Below are positions 1 to 13,570 of a stretch of DNA of 64,000 nucleotides, one piece after another (positions within the stretch are counted from its first letter, which is position 1; each line of letters starts with the position of its first letter). The notes under the pieces are model-generated. The model was not told the origin of the DNA, searched no databases, and was given only the letters and a program-made list of their open reading frames with translations. Position numbers and translations under genes: made by a program. This stretch comes from Octopus bimaculoides (lineage: Eukaryota): NCBI RefSeq assembly GCF_001194135.2, contig NC_068990.1, forward strand, positions 32,991,601 to 33,055,600, given 5' to 3'.

Positions 1-258
1 AACGATCTCGCACGAAAGATATCATGTGTTGCCCGCACATGAGCCAGTCCAGGGGCACTGGCAACGATCCCGCTCGAAAGATTCATGTGTCGCCCGCACA
101 TGAGCCAGTCCCGGGGCACTGGCATCGATCCCGCTCGAAAGATTTCATGTGCCTCCCGCACATGAGCCAGTCCATGGGCACTGGCAACGATCCCGCTCGA
201 AACATTTCATGTGTCACCCGCACAAGAGCCAGTCCAGGGGCACTGGCAACGATGTCGC
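1..258 (-). repeat. ~62-bp tandem array (4 units) expanded from the RTE-family 3' UTR module
   Basis: Units start at 1, 63, 124 and 186 (aacgatcyc gcwcgaaa...atgtgtygcccgcacatgagccagtccaggggcactggc). The same module occurs once inside the RTE-tail copy at ~21600-21655. Confidence 0.85.
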
Positions 259-1871
259 TATATATATATATATTATTATTATTATTATTATTTGAGTTGA
301 GTCAGTCTTTTGCTACTCTGTGCACACATGAAATTGAGAGTAGCAAGATGGTGCTTCAGCCCAAATAATGTGTGTGTGTGTGTGTATTTGCTTTTACATC
401 TATTATTACAAATTACACCCTACTCTTTAGGGTATGATTCTAATCTGGTGTTAGGGTCCAAATCTGGAAAAAATTCCTATACTGATAAGAAAGAAGTTAC
501 CTCTTAACAGACACTATTCCTGTCTCTGCTCTCATCTGGAACAGTTGCATCTGCGAAGGTTGCAGAGTCAACTACATTTATAAATCTCGGGTTTGGTAAC
601 AAGTAGTAACTAGCTATAGTCAAATAATAACTGTTGCCTTGCAGGAGGAATCTAGAATTCCAAAGGTTGTGGGACAACACCTAAATAGAAAAGAAGCTGC
701 TGTTTTGCAAGTTAAGGACATCAAAGGCTAAGGGACCAGACCTATCAGAGGAAAGATTGTTGTTGAAAGAGTTGCTTCCTTTGTAGACTATCAACAAATT
801 GAGTTGTGATCATCTGAGGAAGAAAAAGATACTCATGGCATAAGATACAGAGAGGATGGTTATGGTTAGAGTGTCTTTGTTCATAGATTTGATCAACTAG
901 AGCTGACCCGAGGCTGAACAATGACAATTAAAGAGAATAAAGCTTTATAAGCATATACCATTGTCTGTAATCTGATGATGGACTTTGCATTAATTTTGAA
1001 GATGTGCATTGTAGTTTTTTGAACAATTAAATTAAATACTTGTTGTATAGTAGTGAAAGTGGTTAATTATTCCATACACACATGTACCTTAATGTCATCC
1101 TTAAGTAGAATTAGTCGGACAAAGCTGACCCTTTGGATAAAAGGTACAATTCACCCAATTGGCTTCTACAAACGTTGAGTTGATCCAAATCTCTTTTAGA
1201 ATTACATCAAGTTGCTGAATAACAGAATTAAACCTGGGATCTAATTATGACGGTGTGAACATTTTAACTAATTAGTCATGCATTCTCTAAAATGCTACCT
1301 CTCTTCCTTGGACCCTCACCTCCTCAAGAGCTCATAGAAGTGCAGCTGTGATATACTGCATATCTTGGATGTTTTATTCTTGGTGGAGTTCATCCCTTTC
1401 CATAGAGAAAGGATTACCTTGAGTACTGGAGTGGTTCTGTATTGATTTTGAAAGAATGAAGTTGGTCTCAGTTGTATTTTAACTTCAAGAGAAGAGAAAT
1501 AGACAGACCATTACAAGACATGCTGTTCAATGCTCTGCTAACTCTGCAATTACTTACTGCTACAATATATTTGAATCTAGATGAGTGGATCTTAAACTTC
1601 AGCTATACTGAATCTAATTAGGTTCCCAAAATAACAAAAATGATTTCTGATCTGGTGTTCACCTCTTTAATTTGGTTGTGTAACAAAAACATTCTATGAC
1701 ATACATACACAAAATATCTTTACATGCAATGAATTTGCTTCCAAATTTTTCTGCCTACTGTAGATGTTGGCCTTTCCATGAAAACTGATTAGATCACTGC
1801 TATGTATACAATGCTAAATATTTGCCATCTATGATGACCAGTTAACAACAATAGGTTAGGCAGTATAAAAT

Positions 1872-1927
1872 AAAAAAAAACGTCGCCCTTTCAAAGCCTA
1901 GCCAGGCTCATGGGCCCAGTTTCCCGG
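1872..1927 (-). mobile_element. 3' end fragment of SINE family D
   Basis: ccctttcaaagcctagccaggctcatgggcccagtttc plus an A-rich flank; near-identical to 13585-13624. Confidence 0.7.
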
Positions 1928-1930
1928 TTG

Positions 1931-2160
1931 GACCATGAATCATTTGGTACTGAGCTGCACAGAAAGAATAAATGTTTTAATTTTATTTCTATCTTATTGA
2001 CTATTGCAATCTGCAGGTGTTTTGCATTATGTATGTATAACATTTATTATAATTAAATTATTCACTGCATTGTGTTTTGTTATGCAATTGATCCCCTGGT
2101 CCATGGAAAAACTGTCTTGCACAAAACTGGTTTGTGGTACAAAAAGGGTGAAGACTGCTG
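1931..2160. mobile_element. hAT-Charlie type MITE with MER1-like termini
   Basis: The right end ggtccatggaaaaactgtcttgcacaaaactggtttgtggtacaaaaagggtgaagactgctg resembles, from memory, the MER1/Charlie terminus GGTCCGTGGAAAAATTGTCTTCCACGAAACCGGTCCCTGGTGCCAAAAAGGTTGGGGACCGCTG. The left part ggaccatgaatcatttggtactgagctgcacag resembles the other subterminus. Confidence 0.6.
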
Positions 2161-5084
2161 CTCTCGAGATTAAAAATTTTGCCTTTCTTACTGTGATGGA
2201 ATCAACTTGTCACAGCTGGTCGGAAAGCTATCTTGGAACATACCCAAAAATGGATGATGTAAAATTATCAAACAAACAAAATGACATTTACAACAGTAAC
2301 AACAACAACAAAGAAGAAAAAAGCTTCAGCAGAACAAGATAATATAAATTATAAATAGAAATTATGCTGTACCAGAGTCTTATAACACAATTCACACAAC
2401 AATAGAAAATAACACAGTCATATCTCTGTGATGTATTTGGTAAATTATTCTCTGAAGGAAGTATACTTTAATTTATCATGGACAGCTGCAAATAGAAGAG
2501 AAACAATATCACTGTAACATCTTTCTTTCTCCATCTACCCCTCTCCAATGTACACACTGTTTGTCAATTAATTGAATGAATGAATGAACATTATACTGTA
2601 TGTAGTTAAACGTAAAGCAATGGATCCATTTATTGATAGTGTGTGTGTGTTTGCGTGCGTACATGTGCATGTGTATTGCGTGTATGTGTGTGTACTTTCC
2701 AAGGCATGGTGCATTAGTTTGTAATGTCTGTAATTACCCTTCTCTAGTAACATCTCCTTTGTCTTTTTAGTTATTCACAATAATATTGTTACACCAATCT
2801 AGTGTAGCAGTATCACATACCTCCTGGGTGCTGCCGTTACCAAGCACTGATCAAATATGATTAAGCAGAATTGCAGTATTGAAATATTCATTCAAATATT
2901 TGTTGATGACCAACTAATTACAGTGACCAAATATGTGTAAAGAAGTCTGACTCTTGACACAAGATTAAGTCTCTATAGCAAACATTAGCAGAGGAATTCA
3001 GAACTTCTATCTTAATATAATTGTGGACATGGACTGGAATAATTAACACAGAAATAGACAATCAATCATTTCTTAGGGATCAATAAATTCATTCTACCAA
3101 ATATTATCATTTGAACTGTGACTTATGATTTATGAATATTGTATTTTCTAGTATATAAGTTAAATTATTCTGATCAAATTTTACAGTCAAAAAAAGGTAG
3201 GTTGACCTATATACCAAGACGACTTCAGGGGACCAAAAATTCCATTCCATGTGAAATTTAGTAGCATTAGGAAAGATAGTGATAATGTTTGAATGTTTAC
3301 ACTATATACCATGTTGACTTGCATGCTGGAAAATATGGTAGCTAATAAAAATAATTGGGATGAACCTCAATTTTGAAGCTTGAAATTTTGCCAGTTTGCG
3401 TGAACTTTCACCTTCATGTTGTTAGTGTACTAGAATAGTGAAGGCAACCAACTGACCTGCACTAGCAATGATAATAACAAATGACAAATTTTATGAATGG
3501 GAAATTAGGGATCTTGACTGTACAAAAGGTCCCAGTAAATCACAGGTCTTCATTCCATAAAAATGAAAGATCTGGGTAAATTAGGGATCTAATTCTATTA
3601 AAAGTCCCAGTAAAGTGGAGATCATCATTGTGTGAAAGAAAACACAGAGAGGTGGCCAGATTAATTTGTTCTTTTGTAAACCCAAAGAAATTCATTTGCC
3701 TGAATTCAGTTCTGAGAATACTGGATTTTACTGAGAAGCCAATGATACTGGACCAAAACGAGTGGAAAAAAATATTTTGGGAAACTGACATTTGTCACCA
3801 TTGGCTGATAGATATTAACCAGTTTGTGATAATGATGTAATGACACAGAATGGATAAGCCAAAGATTCATAGTGTAGTTGGAGTTCAGAAATAAAGGCAC
3901 CTTCAATTGTTGTACATTTCATTATTCAGTGACAGATATGATACCAGTCCTTTTATCATTTCATTATTCAGAGCTAAAGATCCCACCAGTCATTGTATCG
4001 TTAAATTAATCAGGATTAATGTGACATCAATCACTGTATCATTAAATTATTCAAAGTCAGGTGTGGCATCAATCATTGTATCATAAGATTTTAGTGGTGG
4101 TCTTTGCATCAACTTTGATAACACAAAATAGTGGGAAGGTAGGATGATAGATTGCATGTTAAAGAGAGAATGACTACACTAGTAATATGATATGTTGCAT
4201 ATGTTATCATTTCTAACATCTGTATTTATATATGTACAATATATTGATTGAACTGAAAAACATATATGCTATTGTGAATGTGAGACTTTCAAGTTTTAAC
4301 TACATAAAATAGAAATAATATTTTAGAAATAACATAACTGTTCATAATTGTTATTGGCAGAACAAATAGAAAAAAGTGAGAATACCTATCATAGAACTGA
4401 GTGACAGAGTTTCATTTAGTGCATCTGGTCAATCTGCCTTGGAGTTTAATATTTCAGATTTTTATAACTTTTAGCAAAACTTCTAAAACCTTCAGCAAAA
4501 CTATCTGGTAGGAATTTCACACAATTTTCTTTCAAGTATACCACATGACTTTACATACCAGCTGATACTGATTGGTTGAACCAGGTTTACATAATCGTTC
4601 ATGTATCTTGTATCTGGTTTTACCTTTTATGGAATTAGAGTTCAACTGTAGTCCTAAACTAGGAATCTATATGAGAAGGTACAAAACTAGGGAGAACCCT
4701 TGCTACATGAATATTTAGAGCCAAATGTGACATGAATTAAGAAATATCAGTGTATGACAGAAAACTTTCAAAGTAAAACTAAAGTAAATGTTGACTAAGA
4801 ACATAATCTAATTTTCAATAACAGTTATAGTGTTTTTCTTTTTTTTTTGTTTGTTTTAGTGAGTGGAGTTTGAGTAACACCAATATTGCCATGACTACTG
4901 GAAGAAAGAGAGGAAATTAACCTCAAACCAGAAACTAAGCCAGAATGCTATTAACAAGTTGGTGCCCCAGCAAGGCCTCAGTCAATTGACTGAAACAAGT
5001 AAAAGAATAAAAGAACAATAATGATATCAATATAGATTCATATCCTGCCTGTATTACTCCTGGCTCAAATTGATTAATAAAAAA

Positions 5085-5297
5085 GGCAGTGAACTGGCAG
5101 GATCGTTAGCATGCCGGGCGAAATGCTTAGTGGTATTTCGTCTGCCACTATGTTCTGAGTTCAAATTCCACCAAGGTCGACTTTACCTTTCATCCTTTTG
5201 GGGTCGATAACTTAAGAAGCACTTGTATACTGGAGTCGATCTAATTAACTGGCCCCCTCCCCCAAAATTTTTCGAGTCTTGTGTCTAGAGTAGAAAA
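5085..5297 (+). mobile_element. tRNA-derived SINE family A (Meta-like central domain)
   Basis: A-box-like ctggcaggatcgttagc, B-box-like gagttcaaattcc, central ctttcatccttttggggtcgataa, tail ending agtagaaa. More than 10 related copies occur in the window. Confidence 0.85.
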
Positions 5298-5307
5298 AAT
5301 TATATAA

Positions 5308-5515
5308 GGCAACGAGCTGGCAGGATCGTTAGCACGCAAAATGCTTAGCGGTGTTTTGTACGCTGCTATGTTCTGAGTTCAAATTCCGCCGGGGTCAACT
5401 TTGCCTTTCATCCTTTTGGGGTCGATAAATTAAGAACCAGTTAAGTACTGGGCTCTATGTAATCAACTTTCCCCTTCCCCCGCAAAATTTCAGGCCTTGT
5501 GCCTATAGTAGAAAA
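5308..5515 (+). mobile_element. tRNA-derived SINE family A, second copy in head-to-tail tandem
   Basis: Same architecture, starting about 10 bp after the previous copy. Confidence 0.85.
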
Positions 5516-5779
5516 GATCGATTAATCTGAGAGGAGGGTGGGTAGGACAAATGTAATTATGTTTTAAATATATATTACAGTACATTGTAGATATAAATGG
5601 TAAGGTAGGAGGGCTGGGGCTACATACTTCTCAGGGGTGGCTAAGCTTACCTCTTTTCCCTGCCTCATTCTATGCAGCTATGAAGAGAGCAGTAAGAGGA
5701 TATAGATTTCAACTCTCTTTTTGGAAATGTGCAATTTCCAAAATAGCTGAAGTCTTATCTTTTCATGACTGTATGTAAA

Positions 5780-5829
5780 TACACACACATATATACATAT
5801 GAATATATATCTATATATATATAAATGTT

Positions 5830-5869
<40 letters not shown>

Positions 5870-6076
5870 GAGAACCAGATACATGCATACATACCGCATA
5901 CATACATACATACATACATACATACATACACACATACATACATGCATACACACAAACACACACACATGCATGCATTTATGTGTGAAAGAGTGTTATGATG
6001 GTGAAGACAATAATGTACTTAAAAAATATAAATATACTCACATCTGTATGTATATATATATGTGTGTGTGTGTGTG

Positions 6077-6128
<52 letters not shown>

Positions 6129-6239
6129 TATATATATATACACACATACATATATAGACATAAATATATATATATATACATGCATATACATATATATACA
6201 TGCATACATATATACATACATATATACATACACATATAC

Positions 6240-6302
<63 letters not shown>

Positions 6303-6320
6303 CATACACACACACACACA

Positions 6321-6368
<48 letters not shown>

Positions 6369-6370
6369 AT
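5780..6370. repeat. Compound (TA)n/(CA)n/(TACA)n microsatellite block
   Basis: Seen directly; it accounts for the YIYI/THTH/CVCV ORFs in the track. Confidence 0.95.
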
Positions 6371-6763
6371 TATGCAAATATGTGTGAATTTCTGACTTCA
6401 GTAAGCCATCCCAACTGTCTCTAGTCATGATATGAAATAATGATGAACAGATCACCATTGACTCATTCTCCATTCCACCTTCCACTCAGGATTATTTCTG
6501 GATTTTAGCTGCTCAATATTTGAATGCCAACTGTTTTCAGGTCTTCTACTATACCTCTCTTTCTCCAATTTTATCTCTCATAACCACCACCACCACCACT
6601 GCTACCAAATTACCATGACCACTACAACTACATAGTGTAGATAACTAGTCTCTTTAAAATATGGTTAATTCCACTGAACTATATATATATATATGTGTGT
6701 GTGAGTGCGTGTCTGTTTGAATGTATGTATGTATGTATATATGTATGTGTATGTGTGTGTATG

Positions 6764-6800
<37 letters not shown>

Positions 6801-6978
6801 TACAAAATAGGAGACAAATTGCTACTTTTTCTTGTAACTTCTGTCAGTATTTTAAACATCACATTTCAGTTCTTTTTGCATTACACTTAGTTCTGTGATT
6901 ATGTCTGCCTGGTTTTATCTTTATTAGGCTTTTTGTCTTTTTTTTTACCGTTCCATTTATATTCACCATATTACAGTT

Positions 6979-7392
6979 GTGCTGTCCTCGACTGAGTTTA
7001 TTGAAAGGCGGGTGAAATTTGTGAAAATGGCAAGAGTCGATGGTACCTCTCTCAGTCTAGACCTGTAAATTGGAGAGAAGGAATTGGAGAGGGCACTTGC
7101 TCTTGGGATTTCAGGGTAACCTTGGACAGCAGAGTTCCTCGGTCATCCCCTGAGGTCATCAAGTATCAGGAAGGCTACATCTTGATCATCCTCTCCGCCA
7201 CTTTTTAAAAAAGATTTTTTTTACCTTTATATCCTATGCATATATCTCCTCTTTTTCCATGTATACTGTGTATACTTTCTTCATTTTTTTTTTTATCATT
7301 TCATTTTATGTAACCCCCCCCACATTTTATGTATGCCTTTGTATTGTCCCTCTCATCCTTCACCCTTGTGGCAAATAAATGAAATCATCATT
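6979..7392 (+). mobile_element. 5'-truncated L1/Tx1-like LINE 3' end (ORF2 C-terminus + 3' UTR)
   Basis: 6979-7068 reads VLSSTEFIERRVKFVKMARVDGTSLSLDL*, resembling the F.ERW C-terminus of Tx1/L1 ORF2. It is followed by a T-rich UTR, AATAAA near 7374 and an (ATT)n tail. Confidence 0.55.
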
Positions 7393-7409
7393 ATTATTAT
7401 TATTATTAT

Positions 7410-7730
7410 TAGTGAGCTGGCAGAATTATTAGACAGTTGATAAAAACGCCTTGCAGTATTTGTTTTTATAATCTACATTCGAATCCTGCTGAGGTCAACT
7501 TGGCCTTTTTATCCCTTTCGGGTCAATAAAAAACTGGGTTGATTTAATTGATTATCCCTCAACTGTTAGTATGCTTAACAACATTTCTTCTGGCTTTGTA
7601 GTCTGAGTTCAACTTTGCCCTTCATCCGTTTGGGTATGGTCAAGCACTGGTCAAGCACTGAGGTTGATGATATCAACTAATCCCTCTCCTCAAAATTGCA
7701 GGCCTTGTACCAAAATTAGAAAGAATTAGC
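7410..7730 (+). mobile_element. Two degenerate SINE family A copies
   Basis: gagctggcagaattattag head, two gtcaactttg(g)cc(c)tttcatcc modules, and a tail aaattgcaggccttgtaccaaaatt. Confidence 0.65.
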
Positions 7731-7734
7731 ACCT

Positions 7735-8245
7735 GGTCCAGAACCATGTAAAAAGCACCTGTTTTGGCACCATGTAAAAAAAACATGTGTTGGCCCCATG
7801 TAGAAAAGCACCTGTGCTGGTGCCATGTGAAAAGCACCCTCTAAGTACATTCTGTAAAGCAGTTGGTATTAGGAAGTGCATGTTAAGGCACGTGACCTAG
7901 TGGTTAGGGCATTTGGTTCCCGATTGTAAGGTTGTGAGTTCAATTCCCAGCAATGTGTTGTGTCCTTGGGCAAGACATTTTATTTCACGTTGCTCCAGTC
8001 CACTCAGCTGGCAAAAATGAGTTGTACCTGTATTTCAGAGGGCCGGCCTTGTCACACTCTGTGTTACGCTGAATCTCCCCGAGAACTATGTTAAGGGTAT
8101 ACGTGCGTCTGTGGATTGCTCAGTCACTTGTACGTTAATTTCAAGAGCAGGCTGTGTTCCGTTGATCATATCAGCTGGGACCCTCGTCGTCGTAACTGAT
8201 GGAGTGCTCCTAGGTAGTGCATCCAGCAGTAGAAACCATGCCAAA
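7735..8245 (+). mobile_element. RTE 3' UTR fragment interrupted by a family C SINE
   Basis: Repeated catgtaaaaagcacc modules, then gttggtattaggaag. It resumes after the SINE as taggtagtgcatccagcagtagaaaccatgcc. Confidence 0.6.
7887..8207 (+). mobile_element. tRNA-derived SINE family C (CORE-like domain)
   Basis: Head ggcacgtgacctagtggttaggg...gtgagttcaattccc, central ttgtgtccttgggcaagacattttatttcacgttgctccagtccactcagctgg, tail ccctcgtcgtcgtaactgatggagtgc. Related copies at 28.5, 42.2 and 58.4 kb. Confidence 0.85.
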
Positions 8246-8944
8246 ACACACACTCTCTTGTCGGCTTACTTATTTGTTGTCGTAGCAATAGTAACATTAG
8301 TAGCAGTGGTGGTGGTGGTGGTGACATAAGCAGTGATGAGGGTGGTAGCAATAACATTTGTAGTGGTGGTGGCAGCAGCAGTAATAGCTCTATCTTTTAT
8401 CTTTCAAATATATCTCAACTAATCTCACCTCTTTAGTTCTCTCTCTCTCTCTCCCTCCCCTCCATCTCTCACTGAAACTGTTTTGTTTGTCAAACTTCCT
8501 CCTTCTCTCTCTTTCTATCACTTTTTATCTCTCCCGTCATCTATCCCCCACCCCGTCTATCTATATCTTTCACCCTTTCTCTCTCTCTTTTTCTCTGTAA
8601 TTTGTGTTTATATCTCGTTCGTCTTTTTGAAAAAAAAATTAGTCATGAGACATTTCTTATTTTAAGTAATTGATGATATATCTATGTATTGGTATAAATA
8701 TATTGGATTGCACTACTGCATACACACATACATATACACACATGTGCATGCACATAGATATGCATACATTAATATGTGCACACATGATCAAACACTCACA
8801 TGCACTGGCCTAGACACACACATATACACATATATCTGATTTAAGTGAGCATATACCATCATTACTAGAGCTAAAGAGTGCTGCATGTTGTAATGTAGGC
8901 ATTCCTATAAACTTAGTGAACAATGGTTTATTCATTTATTCTTT

Positions 8945-9124
8945 CTATCTGTTTCTCATTTAACTGTGGCCATGTTGGCGCACCGCCTTTAGTCAAACAA
9001 ATTGACCCCAGGACTTATTCTTTGTAAGCCTTATTCTATCAGTTTCTTTTGCTGAACTGCTAAGTTACGGGGAAAACACACCAGCATTAGTTGTCAAGCA
9101 ATGGTGGGGGACAAACACAGACGT

Positions 9125-9192
<68 letters not shown>

Positions 9193-9255
9193 CGGGTTTC
9201 TTTCAGTTTCTGTCTATCAAATCCACTCACAAGGCTTTGGTCAGCCCAAGGCTAA
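8945..9255 (-). mobile_element. SINE family B (5'-truncated) with internal (TA)n
   Basis: Reverse complement of the family B body and tail (cccaggacttattctttgtaagcc; ttctttcagtttctgtctatcaaatccactcacaaggc). Confidence 0.8.
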
Positions 9256-11085
9256 ATGTGTTGTTCATTTCAAACATAGTAGGATGTAAACTGAGGGAAA
9301 TTTAGCTGCTACTTTTAGCAAGGTGAGTGACTAAATAGAAGCTAACTTACAGGATCATGCAGTTAAATTAAGTACCAGTTACACTGTGGAGTGAATTTAA
9401 TCTATGGTACACTACTTTGATATGAAGAGTCTTGTGTCACTCTAAGGAAGGATAATTCATGGCTTCAAAGGACAACAATTTAGTTTCATATTCATTGTAG
9501 AGAGTGTCTGGTGACTTTCATTGTTCAGTAAGTAGTTGCACACCTAATAACCTAAACACAGAGTTGTCCTGATAGTTTATATGTCTCCCAGCAAAGCAAA
9601 GAAGTAGGGTCTCTGTAAACAAAACTACAGTATGCATTGATTATAAATGGGACTCCAGAGCTGTAAACCCTCCAGGCAATGCCAGGGGAATCCCTGCATT
9701 AAGGTGGCACCATCTACATGAATAGATTGTTTGGTCAATGGTTCCACACTGTATTGTCTACATGGAATGAACAGACTGTTTAGCCAGTACTTCCACACAA
9801 TATTAACAACAAGGGGTGAACATTTAATAGCCCATAATCATTTGTATTCTGCTAAAACAATACATTCCAAGAATTAATGGGCTGTGTGTTTTGCCAGAAC
9901 ATAAAACTGAATTAGATATGATAGTAGTTGAATGTAAGTATCATCTAGGCCATCAAAAACACTTCAGGGTTAACATTTGGCTCTGGTTTGAGGTAGTGAA
10001 GCTGAAATTAAAGAATATTCTCTCAAGAACACAGTCAAATTCTAGCAAATTTCACAGATTGTCTTATATTGTTCTTATCTGTGAAGTGAACCAAAACCTG
10101 TATAAATAGTCTAATGTGTTGCTCTAAGTATTTACTTAGCGGAATACTGAGGTGGATATGAACTCAAGTGGTCTAACATCCCCTTTCACTTGTCTATAGA
10201 CCACTTTCTGGTTTCATTTAAAGTTCACTGCAAATATATTGTCGACTATATGGGCAATAAATTTAATTCTACATGCCCCTATTCACTAAATACTTTACAG
10301 GCTTGGCAGATGTCATTGTCTTAGAATAACAATTGGCCAAGAAACAACAACATCAACATTAATTTAGTCAAATATTGCCGATGCCCTACTGAAAGAGTTC
10401 AATGGATTTCATCTCCTGATCCATTTTTAGCCCACATGAAATGAATTACAGAAATAAATGCAGTGCTTCTCTGGAGTAAACAAATAAGTGGAGTGATCAT
10501 GGTTAGTAACAATGACATCTGATGTCTCATGTTCAAATCTACCTGTCGTGACTTGATGTAGACAGACCCTGGCTAGTGACAAAAATAGAGATAGGGCATG
10601 CCTAGTGATACACACTGTCGAAACAAGTAGGAGATCCTGTCTAAAGATGGACAATGTAGAGACAAGAGGCAGACCATCTGTAGAGATACACACTATAGAG
10701 ACAAAAAGCAGACTCTGCCTAGTGATGCAGGTGAAACTAATTTTCCTGTCAATGGATAATTAATGACTGACTCTTGTGCATGTGTTTTTTACTGTATGTA
10801 TTTGTATATGTGTGTGTGTGTGTTTTTTTATATCTGTTATTAGGCACAGCAACTGTTACTTTGAAGTTTCACCAATGACAGCTTTATATGTGTGTGGTGT
10901 GTTTTTATGTACACATAAAATACATATGCGTCTGTGCACGCATGCATGTGCACATGTGTGTGTAATATACATATACACACACATAATTGGTGATGTGTAA
11001 TGTTTTCTCTTCATTTTATCTCATGTTGCTGTTATTTCCTTTATATAAACCCCCGGAAAATATATCACATACATACATACATATT

Positions 11086-11122
<37 letters not shown>

Positions 11123-11333
11123 GTAAAAATGTACTGTTCTGTGTGTGTTTGAGTATGCATATATATATTCACACACACACACACACGTACATACATACAG
11201 AGTGAGTGTATATATTCTCTCTCAACAAAGCCTGGGTCCCTGGGGGTGTCAGAAAGCAACAGACACACAGGATGAGATGAAACCTTTCAAGTTGAAACAA
11301 CATTGATTATTCACCCCCACAGCAACAACAATG

Positions 11334-11334
<1 letters not shown>

Positions 11335-11402
<68 letters not shown>
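11335..11402. repeat. (ATA)n microsatellite
   Basis: Pure trinucleotide run. Confidence 0.95.
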
Positions 11403-11405
<3 letters not shown>

Positions 11406-11786
11406 GACAACATGAAATTATGCAGAGTATCTTTGGTAGAACCTTTTATAGATGAATATCAGATATTATAGAAATCCTTGGAAGTGCAGTGAATCTGAGG
11501 GAAATCTACTCTTTATAACCTAACACATATATTACTATACACACAAACATATATATGTATGTATGTATGTAGCCACCAAGATCTACTTTCTATCATCTAG
11601 CACACACAAGCATGTACATGCATATCCATCTATACTCTGGCTCTATATTTTATTTACATGCATATCATCAGACAGTCTATTTACACACTCATCTCTCATC
11701 TGCACACATGACACACATACAAACTCCCTGATACTCTTAATATTCATACCAACATACATACATACATACACACACACATACATACA

Positions 11787-11819
<33 letters not shown>

Positions 11820-12006
11820 GTATATATAAATATGTATGTATATGTGTATATAGGTGACTCTATGTGTGGGTATTTGTTATTTTTAAACATGTATGTTGTT
11901 GACAGTGACTTCGAAGTATAGAGTAACCCATCAGATTAATGTAAAATTGTTTTTATTATAACTGAACATAAAAACAAGCATTAATATGCATACGTACTTA
12001 CATATA

Positions 12007-12071
<65 letters not shown>

Positions 12072-12472
12072 GCATGAATGTGTGTGTATGTGTGTGTGTG
12101 TGTCATGTGTGTATTTGTGTGTGTACGAGTGTGTGCATCATGTACATTTATGCGTACCAAAAAACTTGAACGATCGTGAATAATGCAGTTAAAAAAGCAG
12201 CAAATATGACAAAAGTGGAATAACCAATAACCATTTCTTTAATTACCAAAGCTCAACCACCATGACTATTACTACTCCAAAATACCAAAAAAAAAAAAAA
12301 AAAGAGGGAAAAATAAACTTTAGGAACGAGAGAGAGAGTATCTAAGAATATGATATAAGAATACACTCAATACAAATAAGAATACAAAATAAGAATACAA
12401 TTAGGTCAGATAATGACCCTGCTATTGGGAATATTTGGGGAATAACAAATATTGAATTTCATGTTGGATATA

Positions 12473-12581
12473 NNNNNNNNNNNNNNNNNNNNNNNNNNNN
12501 NNNNNNNNNNNNNNNNNNNNNNNNNNNNNNNNNNNNNNNNNNNNNNNNNNNNNNNNNNNNNNNNNNNNNNNNNNNNNNNNN
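12473..12581. other. Assembly gap (N)
   Basis: Run of N abutting (TA)n. Confidence 1.
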
Positions 12582-12622
<41 letters not shown>

Positions 12623-12892
12623 TTATAATGGTGGTAATGGTGATAATGATGATGATGATGGTAACAATAATAGCAAAAATAAGAATATTTCTTCATCTGC
12701 CTTAGTATAAAGTATGAGTCCAAATGACAATAATATTAGCAACAAAAACAACAACAATAATAATGATGATGATGACGAGGAGGAGGGGGAGGAGACGAAG
12801 AAGAAGGATAACTACTACAACAATCACAATGAGAATGCTCTGCAAAGAGTTGATAGATTTTTTCTGTGTGTGTTTGTATGTGTGTGTGTACA

Positions 12893-12925
<33 letters not shown>

Positions 12926-13404
12926 TTGTATGTGTATGTATACTGGTTGTTGTAATGTTATCATTGGTTTTCTTGGCTGTTTCACCGTTTTAGTGAAACA
13001 AAATATAGACAAGTTAGCAAAAATACAAAATGTAAGTCTGGTATAAAAATGAAAAAAAGACATATTTTTTTGAAGCAGTCCAAGATATTTGTGTAAACCA
13101 AATCTCTTCTCTCTTACAAAAAAAAAAAAAGAATATATAAAAAAATAATGAAAAAACAAAACCCCCAAATAGTTTGGCTTTTTAAAGCACTTTTGTGACA
13201 TTCTAGAAATATCCAAATATCCCTTAATTCAATTTACTTTTCATGATAAGAGCTAAAGGTCATGCATGTGTGTGTGTGTGTGTGTGTGTGTACGTACGTG
13301 TATACATACACACATACACACAACTGTTTTTATCTTTTCTTAAAGCCAAAACAATGCAAGTTATAAGAAGTAATGCAAGTCAATGGTTTGTACTTTTAAC
13401 TTGT

Positions 13405-13450
13405 ACTTCAGAATTTCATTTCGGGATTAGGACCCCTTCTTCAGGAAATC
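13405..13450 (-). ncRNA. Degenerate minimal hammerhead-like motif (Penelope pLTR type)
   Basis: Minus strand reads CTGAAGA-A-GGGG tcctaa TCCC-GAAA-tgaaattc. Core and stem II are present; stems I and III are poor. Confidence 0.3.
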
Positions 13451-13570
13451 TCTGGAGAAATGGTGTTGTGAAATGGTGTCTTCTCTGTTCTGTATTGTTG
13501 CATACAAAGTTTTGTGGTTTGGAATAACATTAAATGAATACAGTTCGTTTTTTTATATAGGTAATGGACA

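Noticed and set aside
639-917. Protein-like reading frame (EESRIPKVVGQHLNRKEAAVLQVKDIKG...) behind a possible acceptor site
   Set aside because: It has three internal stops in 93 codons, no donor site and no recognisable family.
9560-9900. Possible Ty3/gypsy RT trace (VCIDYK)
   Set aside because: Only a single short motif is present; the downstream RT motifs are not recoverable.
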